Source: Treponema sp. (GTDB taxonomy: Bacteria > Spirochaetota > Spirochaetia > Treponematales > Treponemataceae). Taken from it: DNA of 64,000 bases. The stretch is taken from contig JAAYQG010000079.1 in assembly GCA_012519415.1 (NCBI GenBank), positions 24,474 to 88,473 on the forward strand, written 5' to 3'. The translations under genes were made by a program, and so were the position numbers. Of this stretch, positions 28,719 through 37,405 are shown piece after piece. The notes under the pieces were generated by a model. That model worked only from the letters and a program-made list of their open reading frames with translations, did no database searches and was not told the DNA's origin. How positions within the stretch are numbered: the stretch's first letter is position 1; every line of letters begins with the position of its first letter.

Positions 28719-29732
28719 ATGGATAGCTTTTCTACATTTTATGAATCTTGCCTTCTCTGTCCGCGCCGTTGTGCATCAAACAGAAATAGCGGGGAAAAAG
28801 GTTTTTGTGCCGAAACATCAAAACTAAAGATAGCATGGGCAGGTCTTCATTTTGGAGAAGAGCCATTTATAACAGGAATCGGCGGTTCCGGAACAATTTT
28901 TATAACAGGTTGCAACCTAAAATGTGCATTTTGCCAGAACTATCAAATCTCGCAAAACGGAATGGGAGTGCCTGTTAATTCTAAGGATTTTATAGCTATT
29001 TGCATTGCTTTACAAACAGCCGGCGCAGAAAACATTAATATCGTAACAGGTAGTCATGCTGTTGGAACTCTCGCACCTTTTTTAAGACTTGCAAAAGCTG
29101 CCGGATTAACAATTCCTATATGCTGGAATTGTTCCGCTTATGAATCAGTTGAAACTCTTGAACTTTTATCAGATGTTGTTGATATATGGCTACCGGATTT
29201 AAAAACTCTTAATCCTCTTATAAGTGAAGCTGTTTTTGATGCGAAAGATTATCCGCAAGTTGCAAAAAAAGCTATTAAATGGATGATTAAGCATACAAAA
29301 ACAGAATTCGATTCAATTTTTGACAAAAATGGTAAAAACCAAAAAAAAATGCTTTCCGGCGTAATAATCAGACATTTAGCTTTGCCAGGGCGCATCGAAG
29401 ATTCGATTCTTGTTTTGGATTGGTTTAAATCAAACGCAGACCAAAAAGCTTTTCTGTCGTTGATGAGTCAATATACACCAGTTCCTTTTGAAGAGAAAGA
29501 AATGCAAAAAAGACAAAAAGCTTTAAGTGCTTTTCAAAACCGTTTTATGGAACAATCTGAGTTTGAAAAATTGCAAGAATTAATAAATTCTTTTGAAATT
29601 GAAAATGGTTTTTATCAAGAGCTTGTGCAAGACAGCGAGTGGCTTCCCGATTTTAGCCGCATTCAGCCGTTCTCTTCTGAATTGGCAAAACCAATTTGGC
29701 ACTGGTCAAATCCATCAAAAATTATGTGCTAA
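28719..29732 (+). CDS. Radical SAM protein (PflX/COG1313-type, PFL-activase-like)
   Basis: N-terminal CLLCPRRC...GFC cluster and radical-SAM CNLKCAFCQNYQIS (CxxxCxxC). Confidence 0.7.
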   Translation: MDSFSTFYESCLLCPRRCASNRNSGEKGFCAETSKLKIAWAGLHFGEEPFITGIGGSGTIFITGCNLKCAFCQNYQISQNGMGVPVNSKDFIAICIALQTAGAENINIVTGSHAVGTLAPFLRLAKAAGLTIPICWNCSAYESVETLELLSDVVDIWLPDLKTLNPLISEAVFDAKDYPQVAKKAIKWMIKHTKTEFDSIFDKNGKNQKKMLSGVIIRHLALPGRIEDSILVLDWFKSNADQKAFLSLMSQYTPVPFEEKEMQKRQKALSAFQNRFMEQSEFEKLQELINSFEIENGFYQELVQDSEWLPDFSRIQPFSSELAKPIWHWSNPSKIMC

Positions 29733-29773
29733 ACCGCTTTAGCAAATTATACGTTAGAAAAACATCTTTACCT

Positions 29774-30178
29774 TTATAAAACTTTTCGTTCAACAAGAGT
29801 ACTCATAATCGAAGAAAGAACATCAATAGGAATATCTTCAGCTTCCGCATTTACAACATTGTTGATTTCTACCCAGTCCTTCTGCGGAAAATTTCGATCT
29901 GCTTCTAACTCGCCATTAATAAGAGCGATAACATTTGCGAGCCAGTCTATATTGCTTTTTTGAGGCTCGTCTTCAAGGTTTTTGCTTTGCAAAATATATG
30001 TTTGTTCCCAATATTCTGCTAAAGGTTCTGCAATGTTTTCTAATCCTCTGAAGTAAGAAACAAAAAGTTTTTTAACTGCGCGACAAGCCCTAAGTCCGTC
30101 ATAATTTTCATTATTATCAGCTCGTTCATGCTTTAGACAACGTTGCACGTCCGCATAAAATTTTCCTAAATCTATCAT
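29774..30178 (-). CDS. Hypothetical cytoplasmic protein (134 aa, acidic)
   Basis: Clean ORF with a -10-like TAGTAT 6 nt upstream of the ATG. No motif recognised. Confidence 0.4.
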   Translation of the reverse strand: MIDLGKFYADVQRCLKHERADNNENYDGLRACRAVKKLFVSYFRGLENIAEPLAEYWEQTYILQSKNLEDEPQKSNIDWLANVIALINGELEADRNFPQKDWVEINNVVNAEAEDIPIDVLSSIMSTLVERKVL

Positions 30179-30353
30179 GTGTTGATACTATCGAATTTTT
30201 CAATACGTTCATAGTGTTTTTATCAAAATTTTAACCTGCGCAAATAAGCTCAAAAAAATAAACAACTCTTTTTAATACAAGGGTTTTGCATATTTAACAC
30301 AATTAAAAAGAGATAAATAATTTGAAAATGGGCGCAAAAATGTGAATTTTTCC

Positions 30354-30382
30354 TTGACTTTAAACTTAACTAAACGTACACT
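30354..30382 (+). promoter_or_regulatory. sigma70-type promoter of ptsN paralog 1: TTGACT-17 nt-TACACT, ATG 30389 follows 6 nt after the -10 (leaderless candidate)
   Basis: -35 at 30354-30359, -10 at 30377-30382, no SD. Confidence 0.6.
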
Positions 30383-30388
30383 TGTTCT

Positions 30389-30835
30389 ATGAACCTAAGA
30401 ACTATTTTAACCCCTGACACTGTAAATCTGCATCTTAAAGGAACAACAAAAGAACAAATAATCGATGAGATGCTTGATATTTTGGTAAATGCTGGCAAAG
30501 TAAAAGATAAAGCGACTGCAAAAGCTTGTGTTCTTGATAGAGAGCAAAAGATGTCTACCGGCATGAAACATGGTATTGCAATTCCACATGGAAAGACTGA
30601 TACTGTTGATGATTTAGTTGCCTGTATCGGTATTTCCGATAATCCGGTAGATTTTGATTCTCTTGATTTGGAACCATGCCGTATTTTTATTATGACATTG
30701 TCTCCGGTAAACAAGACAGGACCTCATCTTCAATTTCTTGCTGAAGTAAGTCTTCTTTTTAAGAGTGCTGAGAAACGACAGGAAATTTTGAAAGCTGTTG
30801 ATAAAGCAGAAGTTATTAGAATTCTAACTGAATAA
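30389..30835 (+). CDS. ptsN: PTS EIIA-Ntr-type protein (PtsN-like), paralog 1
   Basis: GMKHGIAIPHGKT phosphorylatable-His motif. About 150 aa with the fructose/mannitol EIIA fold pattern. Confidence 0.8.
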   Translation: MNLRTILTPDTVNLHLKGTTKEQIIDEMLDILVNAGKVKDKATAKACVLDREQKMSTGMKHGIAIPHGKTDTVDDLVACIGISDNPVDFDSLDLEPCRIFIMTLSPVNKTGPHLQFLAEVSLLFKSAEKRQEILKAVDKAEVIRILTE

Positions 30836-30861
30836 TTATAAAACCGACTTCTCTAAGTTTG

Positions 30862-30897
30862 AATAGACCGCTGTTTTAGCGGTCTATTGTTTTTATT
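30862..30897 (+). terminator. Intrinsic terminator after ptsN paralog 1
   Basis: 11-bp stem AATAGACCGCT / AGCGGTCTATT, loop GTTTT, followed by GTTTTTATT. Confidence 0.8.
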
Positions 30898-30985
30898 CCG
30901 TGCTTAGGCGAGTCAATGCTTCGCAACGTTTCTATTCTGAAATGAGGTTTTGATTCTGAATTTCTAATATTCCAAATTAATAATT

Positions 30986-31522
30986 ATGAAACTATCAGAA
31001 AAAGATTATTTTGCACAGAATTACAAGATTGTAACTGTTAATAACAAAAAATTCGAAGAAGCATCTATTTTGAAACTTTCCACAAAAGAAGATTTTACGC
31101 CATTAAAAGATGCTTCCAAAGAAAACATCAACATAATTGAATTTGAATCAAATTTTGCAGGTTCTGCACCGGACGAATTTGACGAATCCTTTTTAGCCAA
31201 TCTTAGAGAGAATTTGAAAAATGCAGAAAACAATGATGTTGTTTTTTGTATAAAACCTGTTATAAATGCAACTTCACTCTCTGCTGAAGAAGCAGAAAAT
31301 CTAAACAAATTATTTTATCACATTGCAAGGCGCATAAAAGACTGTTCTTGTGTTGCAGGATTTGTTTTGCCAAAATTTAATTCAAATTCAAACATAGAGC
31401 AAACAACTTCTCTTATAAATATGCTAAAAAAGAAACACCCCGAATACGTGTATATCTTAAACTCAAAAAACGAAATATCCTCCATAATAAATGAATATCC
31501 AAACAGATTAGCCTTTTATTAA
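30986..31522 (+). CDS. Hypothetical protein (178 aa)
   Basis: ORF only. A faint resemblance to the middle of a TIM-barrel glycoside hydrolase (VVFCIKPV...HIARRIKDCSCVAGFVLPKF) was noted but is not supported further. Confidence 0.35.
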   Translation: MKLSEKDYFAQNYKIVTVNNKKFEEASILKLSTKEDFTPLKDASKENINIIEFESNFAGSAPDEFDESFLANLRENLKNAENNDVVFCIKPVINATSLSAEEAENLNKLFYHIARRIKDCSCVAGFVLPKFNSNSNIEQTTSLINMLKKKHPEYVYILNSKNEISSIINEYPNRLAFY

Positions 31523-31602
31523 AATTATATGCGACAAACAAATTTGCTGTACGCTTGAAAAATATTTGAGATTTGTTTTTTCTGGTAATTAACAAATTTC
31601 TA

Positions 31603-31611
31603 TGTTAAAAT
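31603..31611 (+). promoter_or_regulatory. Extended -10 promoter element of malQ: TGtTAAAAT, ATG 31620 follows 8 nt after the -10
   Basis: TG at 31603-31604, hexamer TAAAAT at 31606-31611. Weak -35 and no SD. Confidence 0.4.
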
Positions 31612-31619
31612 AATTTCAA

Positions 31620-33587
31620 ATGACAAAGAAACAAAATAACATGGTTAAAAGAATTACAGGTACTGCTGTGCCTATAAGCGCATTAAAAACTTCTGAAAGC
31701 TGCGGCTGCGGTGAGTTTTTAGATTTGATACCCTTTGCCGATTTTTGTGTATCTTCAGGGCTAAAGCTTATCCAGCTTTTGCCGGTAAATGATACCGGTA
31801 CGGAAAGCTCGCCTTACAGTGCACTTTCTGCATTTGCTTTACAGCCGATTTATATTCGCCTACAAGCTTTACCGGAAGCAAAAAAATATGAAAAAGAAAT
31901 CTCAAAACTTTGCGAAAAACATACAGGAAAAAATCGCTTTAATTATCGTGAACTTAGACAAGACAAACTTGATTTGCTTGTAAAAATATTTGCAGAAAAT
32001 GCAGATTCACTTATAAATGATGATTACCTAAATAAATGGATTGATTCTCACGAATGGATTGTGCCTTACGCTGTTTTTATGCAGAAAAAACGTGAAAATT
32101 TTGAAGCTTCTTGGAAAAGCTGGGAGATTAATTTGCTTGTTTCAAAGCAACAAATCTTTGATGAATGGGCAAATATTTCAAAAAAGAAAAACCATTATTT
32201 TTGGGCTTGGGTTCAAATGCATTTAGATGAACAATTTTCTCAAGCTGCAAAATATGTGCGTAATGAAGGACTTCTTCTTAAAGGCGATATTCCAATTATG
32301 ATGAATGAAGATTCTGTCGATGTGTGGGCTTATCCAGAATACTTCAATATGGCTCTTCGTGCAGGAGCACCGGCAGATGCTTTTAATCCGCTTGGGCAAA
32401 ACTGGGGATTCCCTATTTATAATTGGGAAAAACTCAAAGAAGATGATTATTCGTGGTGGAAAAAACGTCTTTCAAGCGCAGCATCATATTATGATGCTTA
32501 TCGAATCGACCATGTTTTAGGATTTTTTAGAATTTGGGCTATTCCTGAAGGCGAAACAACAGCTTCTTTAGGCTATACTCAGCCGTTAGTCTGTTTTACA
32601 AACAAAGAACTTACAGAACTCGGATTTACAGCCGAACGTATACGCTGGCTTTCTAAACCGCACGTACCGACGCACGAAATAGAATCGGTGAACAATTATG
32701 ATTATTTTGGAACACACGAACTTCTTCATCAAATAATGGACAGAATCAATGATGAAGAAATGTGGCTTTTTAAAGCAGGAATTAAAACTGACAACGATAT
32801 TTTAAAAGCAGATTTGCCGCATCCTGTAAAAGAAAAATTATGTGAACATTGGCGAAACAGAACAATTATTGAAGTTTCTAAAGGAAAATTTGCGCCTAAC
32901 TGGACATACAAAGATTCAACCTCGTGGAAAAGTCTTTCATATGAAGAGCAGCAATCTTTGATTTCTTTATTTAAAGAAAAACAAACTAAAATGGAAAATC
33001 TTTGGGAAAAACAAGCTAAAAATATTTTAGGTGAATTAACTTCCAGCGTTAAAATGATTCCATGTGCCGAAGATTTAGGCGCAAATCCAGAATCTGTACC
33101 GCGTGTTATGGAATTGCTTGGCATTTTAAGCCTTCGTGTAATGCGCTGGTCAAGAAGCTGGGAAAAAGAGGGTGAACCATATGTAAATCCGAAAGATTAT
33201 CCGGAATTAAGCGTTGCATGCAATTCTGTACATGATTCTTCAACAATTAGAAGTTGGTGGCTTAAAGAAAATGCCGGTAAAGATTTTTTAAGAGATTTTG
33301 GTACTCAACAAGGAATTAGTCCCGAATATTTTGATGAAAAAACAGCTGCGTTTATTCTTAAAATAATTGCAAGTGCAAAAAGTGCTTTTTGCATTCATCC
33401 AATACAAGATTTGCTTCATCTCTCGCCGTCTTATTTTGATGAAAATCCGGAAAACGAACGCATAAATGTGCCCGGCAGTGTAACAGACTTCAATTGGACT
33501 TATAGAATCCCCAAAACTGTTGCACAGCTTTCCAATGATAAAACTTTAATAAATGCAATAAAAGAAATTGTAGCTGCTCATTGTTAG
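31620..33587 (+). CDS. malQ: 4-alpha-glucanotransferase (amylomaltase, GH77), long form
   Basis: LLPVNDTG...SPYSALSAFALQPIYI, GDIPI, YRIDHVLGFFRIW, CAEDLG, HDS motifs. Confidence 0.9.
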   Translation: MTKKQNNMVKRITGTAVPISALKTSESCGCGEFLDLIPFADFCVSSGLKLIQLLPVNDTGTESSPYSALSAFALQPIYIRLQALPEAKKYEKEISKLCEKHTGKNRFNYRELRQDKLDLLVKIFAENADSLINDDYLNKWIDSHEWIVPYAVFMQKKRENFEASWKSWEINLLVSKQQIFDEWANISKKKNHYFWAWVQMHLDEQFSQAAKYVRNEGLLLKGDIPIMMNEDSVDVWAYPEYFNMALRAGAPADAFNPLGQNWGFPIYNWEKLKEDDYSWWKKRLSSAASYYDAYRIDHVLGFFRIWAIPEGETTASLGYTQPLVCFTNKELTELGFTAERIRWLSKPHVPTHEIESVNNYDYFGTHELLHQIMDRINDEEMWLFKAGIKTDNDILKADLPHPVKEKLCEHWRNRTIIEVSKGKFAPNWTYKDSTSWKSLSYEEQQSLISLFKEKQTKMENLWEKQAKNILGELTSSVKMIPCAEDLGANPESVPRVMELLGILSLRVMRWSRSWEKEGEPYVNPKDYPELSVACNSVHDSSTIRSWWLKENAGKDFLRDFGTQQGISPEYFDEKTAAFILKIIASAKSAFCIHPIQDLLHLSPSYFDENPENERINVPGSVTDFNWTYRIPKTVAQLSNDKTLINAIKEIVAAHC

Positions 33588-33628
33588 CAAACTGAAGTTT
33601 CTTAGATTTTGATTTTTTTGGAGAAAAT

Positions 33629-36600
33629 ATGAATGATAATAGATTTGATACGGTTTTTACAGCAGAATTTGAAAAAAAATCATTTTCAAAATATCCTTTG
33701 TTTGAATTTCATGTTTCGAGAGAAATACGCGAACGCTGTCAATTTGACGGTATGCTTTTTGCAACAACCGGCAATGTGATTCTTGCCAATTTAAAGAATG
33801 TTCGTTTGTTTGCAAAAAAAATAAATGATATAATTATTACCGAAAAACATCCTGAAAAGATGATTAAAGCAGGACAGCTCAATGCGATGGGCTTAATTGA
33901 TGAGATTTTTCATTATGTATGTTTTTTGTATCGCAAAGACATAAAGGCGGACGTTTTCGTAAATCTTTTGAAAACTTGCGACGAACAGTTCGGTAAAAAA
34001 AATGTAAATGGTCTTTTGCTCGATTTTATCGAAGCGTTCCCGCCTAATGATGTTTACAATAATGTTGTTCGTGCTGAAAATTATCTTGAAAATGTTAATT
34101 CTGAAACAGGAATAAGCAACAGGGTTACAACGCTTGAAGAAATGATTTTGCTTCGCCTTGCAAATGAAAATCCCGCATTTCAATCGTTTTCCATGTTATT
34201 CAGCGACAAGCAGCTTGCAAAAAATCCTATTTACAAAAAACTCTGGCAGCAAACCAAAGAATATTTTAAAACTCAGCCTAAATTCGGGCCCAAAAACAAT
34301 GATTTGATTTCAATGCTAAAAGAGCCTGTTGTTTACAGTCCGACAAGTTTAAAAGGTCAACTTGATTATATTCGAACTTATTGGGGCGATCTTCTCGGCG
34401 ATTGGCTGAAACGACTCCTTGCAGGGATTGATTTAATTTCAGAAGAAGAAAAACCAGCGTGGCGAGGCTTGGGCGGCGGAGATTTGCCGCCAATGGAAGC
34501 ATACAGTTATGATTATTTGACCAAAGAATATGAGCGTTACAGTCCGGACAAAGATTGGATGCCTCGTGTTGTTTTAATAGCAAAAACTGTGCTTGTTTGG
34601 CTGAATCAGCTCAGCGATAAATACCAATGCGACATAAGCCGCCTTGACCAAATTCCCGATGAAGAGCTCGATTTGTTAGCCCAGCGCGGGTTTACAGGGT
34701 TGTGGCTTATCGGTTTATGGGAACGTTCTCGTGCAAGCCGAAGAATCAAGCAGATTAATGGAAACCCTGAAGCGGCCGCCAGTGCATACAGCCTTGAAGA
34801 TTATGATATTGCTTCAAACCTTGGCGGCTGGGAAGCACTTGATAACCTTCGGTACCGTTTGTGGCAGCGGAGAATTAGGCTTGCTTCTGACATGGTACCA
34901 AATCATACAGGCATGGATGCAAAATGGGTTATAGAAAAACCTGATTTTTTTATTCAACGAAGAGATTGCCCGTTTCCAACCTATACATTTAATGGGGAAA
35001 ATCTTTCGCATGACGGTCGTGTAGGAATTTATCTTGAAGATCATTATTACCAAAAAACAGATTGTGCTGTTGTTTTCAAACGTGTAGACAACTACACAGG
35101 CGATGTCCGTTATATTTATCACGGGAACGACGGCACAGGAATGCCATGGAACGATACAGCTCAAATTGATTTTCTAAACCCTGAAGCAAGAGAAGCTGTT
35201 ATTCAGAAAATTCTTCATGTTGCAAGGAATTTTCCGATTATTCGATTTGATGCAGCTATGGTTCTTGCCAAAAAGCACATAAAACGACTTTGGTATCCGG
35301 AACATGGAAGTGGGGGCGACATCGCAACACGTTCTGAATCAGCATTAAGCAGAGAAGAATTTGAAGAACGCATTCCGAATGAATTTTGGCGTGAAGTTGT
35401 TGACCGTTGTGCTAAAGAAATACCAGATACATTGTTATTGGCAGAAGCTTTTTGGATGATGGAAGGTTATTTTGTGCGAACTTTAGGAATGCATCGTGTC
35501 TATAACAGCGCATTCATGAATATGCTTAAAAAAGAAGAAAATTACAAATATCGTCAAACAGTCAAAAACACACTTGAATTCGACCCGCAAGTTTTGCGCC
35601 GTTTTGTCAATTTTATGAACAATCCAGACGAAGAAACAGCTGTTGCTCAGTTTGGTAAAGGCGATAAATATTTTGGCATTTGTACTCTTATGGTTACAAT
35701 GCCGGGTCTTCCAATGTTCGGTCATGGGCAAATTGAAGGCTTTGCGGAAAAATACGGCATGGAGTATCAAAAAGCTTATTGGAAAGAAACTCCCGATTAT
35801 GATTTGATAGAACGTCATAACCGTGAAATTTTCCCATTAATGAAAAAACGTTATTTGTTTGCAGAAGTAGATAATTTCTATTTTTATGATGTTTGGAATA
35901 ATGGATATGTAAACGAGAATGTTTTTGCTTATTCAAATACATTTGGCGAAGAAAAAGTTGTAGTATTTTATAACAACGTTTACCAACAGGCTGTAGGCTG
36001 GATTAAAGAATCTTGTCGTTTTGCTGTAAAAACAGGTACAGAAACGATGGAACAAAAAACTTGTTCAATCGGAACAGCATTGAAATTGTCAACAAATAGC
36101 AATGTTTTTTGTTTGTTTCGCGAACAACGCAGCGGTTTATGGTATATACGCACATGTAAAGAAATCCACGAGCAGGGTTTGTTTTTGAGCCTTAACGGAT
36201 TTGAATCTCAAGTGCTGCTCGATTTTACACAAGTAACAGATGACGAAACGGGAAGATATCGCATTCTTTATGAAACATTAGGTGGAAGAGGTGTTGAAGA
36301 TATTGAAATAGCTATGCAAGAAATTTTCTTAAAAGAGCTTTATCAACCATTGAAAGAATTTGCTTCAAAGGATTTGTTTGAAGAATTCAGATATATATGC
36401 ACGCCATCAATTGTTCTTCAAAAATCAAAAATAATACCCAAAAAATGTGCTGATATTCTAAAAAAAGCAAAACCTTTTGGAGTTGCCTATTTTGCAAAGC
36501 TTGCTGAATTTATACGTGGAAATTATGGCGCAACTCAACTTTTGAAAAAAGAAATTATTGATAGCACTGTAGATGCTGAAAAAATCTGGAAGAATTTTGC

Positions 36601-37318
36601 TACAGAAGTAACACGAATTGCAAAATTCAAAGAACTTGCAGAAAAGCCGAACGAAAATCTTACAAGACAAGAAGTTTCTTACATACGTGATTTATATGAA
36701 ACATTACTATCAAAACAATGCGGTGCAGAATATGCGTTAATTTTTGCCATGTTGAATACAACAAAACTTGCAATAGGCAAAAAAGCAACAGCTTTTGATA
36801 GTGCTGTTATTGCACGCAATTGGGGACTAAATCGCAAGTTGTTTACTCTTTTAAAAGAAATCACTTCTGCTGATTCTGATACTTACATTGCACAGCGTCA
36901 AGTTATATTAATGTTAGCACTTTGTGATACACCTGTTTTGTACAAAACCGAAAAAGAAGGTGCATTTGAAGTTATTTCTGCGCTGTTTAATGATAAAGAT
37001 TCTTATGCTTTAACCGGTCTTAACACATATAATAATGTACGCTGGTTCGGTAAAGAACAGATGGAAGATTCAGTATCGCAGATTGTTTTTGCACAAGGTG
37101 TTGTTCATTATGAAAAAGCCGGCTTTGAAAAACTGAATTCATTCAAAAAAATGCTTAATTCAAATATCAAGGCTGCCGGATATAATGCAGATGATCTCCT
37201 TAAAAAACTTGAGCTGCCAAAGCCTAAAACTGCTGTAAAAAAATCAGTTTCTAAGCGAAAACCAACAGCAAAAAAAACTGAAGAGAAGAAACTAAAACCA
37301 AAAGAAACTAAAAAATAA
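33629..37318 (+). CDS. Large (1229 aa) alpha-amylase-superfamily (GH13-like) protein with lysine-rich C-terminal tail
   Basis: GH13 conserved regions: DMVPNHTG (I), IIRFDAAMVLAKKH (II), LLLAEAFW (III), FMNNPDE (IV-like). The last 35 aa or so are K/P/T-rich. Confidence 0.75.
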   Translation: MNDNRFDTVFTAEFEKKSFSKYPLFEFHVSREIRERCQFDGMLFATTGNVILANLKNVRLFAKKINDIIITEKHPEKMIKAGQLNAMGLIDEIFHYVCFLYRKDIKADVFVNLLKTCDEQFGKKNVNGLLLDFIEAFPPNDVYNNVVRAENYLENVNSETGISNRVTTLEEMILLRLANENPAFQSFSMLFSDKQLAKNPIYKKLWQQTKEYFKTQPKFGPKNNDLISMLKEPVVYSPTSLKGQLDYIRTYWGDLLGDWLKRLLAGIDLISEEEKPAWRGLGGGDLPPMEAYSYDYLTKEYERYSPDKDWMPRVVLIAKTVLVWLNQLSDKYQCDISRLDQIPDEELDLLAQRGFTGLWLIGLWERSRASRRIKQINGNPEAAASAYSLEDYDIASNLGGWEALDNLRYRLWQRRIRLASDMVPNHTGMDAKWVIEKPDFFIQRRDCPFPTYTFNGENLSHDGRVGIYLEDHYYQKTDCAVVFKRVDNYTGDVRYIYHGNDGTGMPWNDTAQIDFLNPEAREAVIQKILHVARNFPIIRFDAAMVLAKKHIKRLWYPEHGSGGDIATRSESALSREEFEERIPNEFWREVVDRCAKEIPDTLLLAEAFWMMEGYFVRTLGMHRVYNSAFMNMLKKEENYKYRQTVKNTLEFDPQVLRRFVNFMNNPDEETAVAQFGKGDKYFGICTLMVTMPGLPMFGHGQIEGFAEKYGMEYQKAYWKETPDYDLIERHNREIFPLMKKRYLFAEVDNFYFYDVWNNGYVNENVFAYSNTFGEEKVVVFYNNVYQQAVGWIKESCRFAVKTGTETMEQKTCSIGTALKLSTNSNVFCLFREQRSGLWYIRTCKEIHEQGLFLSLNGFESQVLLDFTQVTDDETGRYRILYETLGGRGVEDIEIAMQEIFLKELYQPLKEFASKDLFEEFRYICTPSIVLQKSKIIPKKCADILKKAKPFGVAYFAKLAEFIRGNYGATQLLKKEIIDSTVDAEKIWKNFATEVTRIAKFKELAEKPNENLTRQEVSYIRDLYETLLSKQCGAEYALIFAMLNTTKLAIGKKATAFDSAVIARNWGLNRKLFTLLKEITSADSDTYIAQRQVILMLALCDTPVLYKTEKEGAFEVISALFNDKDSYALTGLNTYNNVRWFGKEQMEDSVSQIVFAQGVVHYEKAGFEKLNSFKKMLNSNIKAAGYNADDLLKKLELPKPKTAVKKSVSKRKPTAKKTEEKKLKPKETKK

Positions 37319-37333
37319 GCCTTAATAAATTTG

Positions 37334-37405
37334 CGTAAAATGAACAACTTCTACGGGCGCAACAAAAACCATCTTTATTCGGGAATTGTTCATTTTACGG
37401 ATTTT
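37334..37405 (+). terminator. Terminator-like long hairpin after the GH13-like gene
   Basis: 14-bp perfect stem CGTAAAATGAACAA (37334-37347) / TTGTTCATTTTACG (37386-37399), 38-nt loop, followed by GATTTTTT. Confidence 0.5.
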
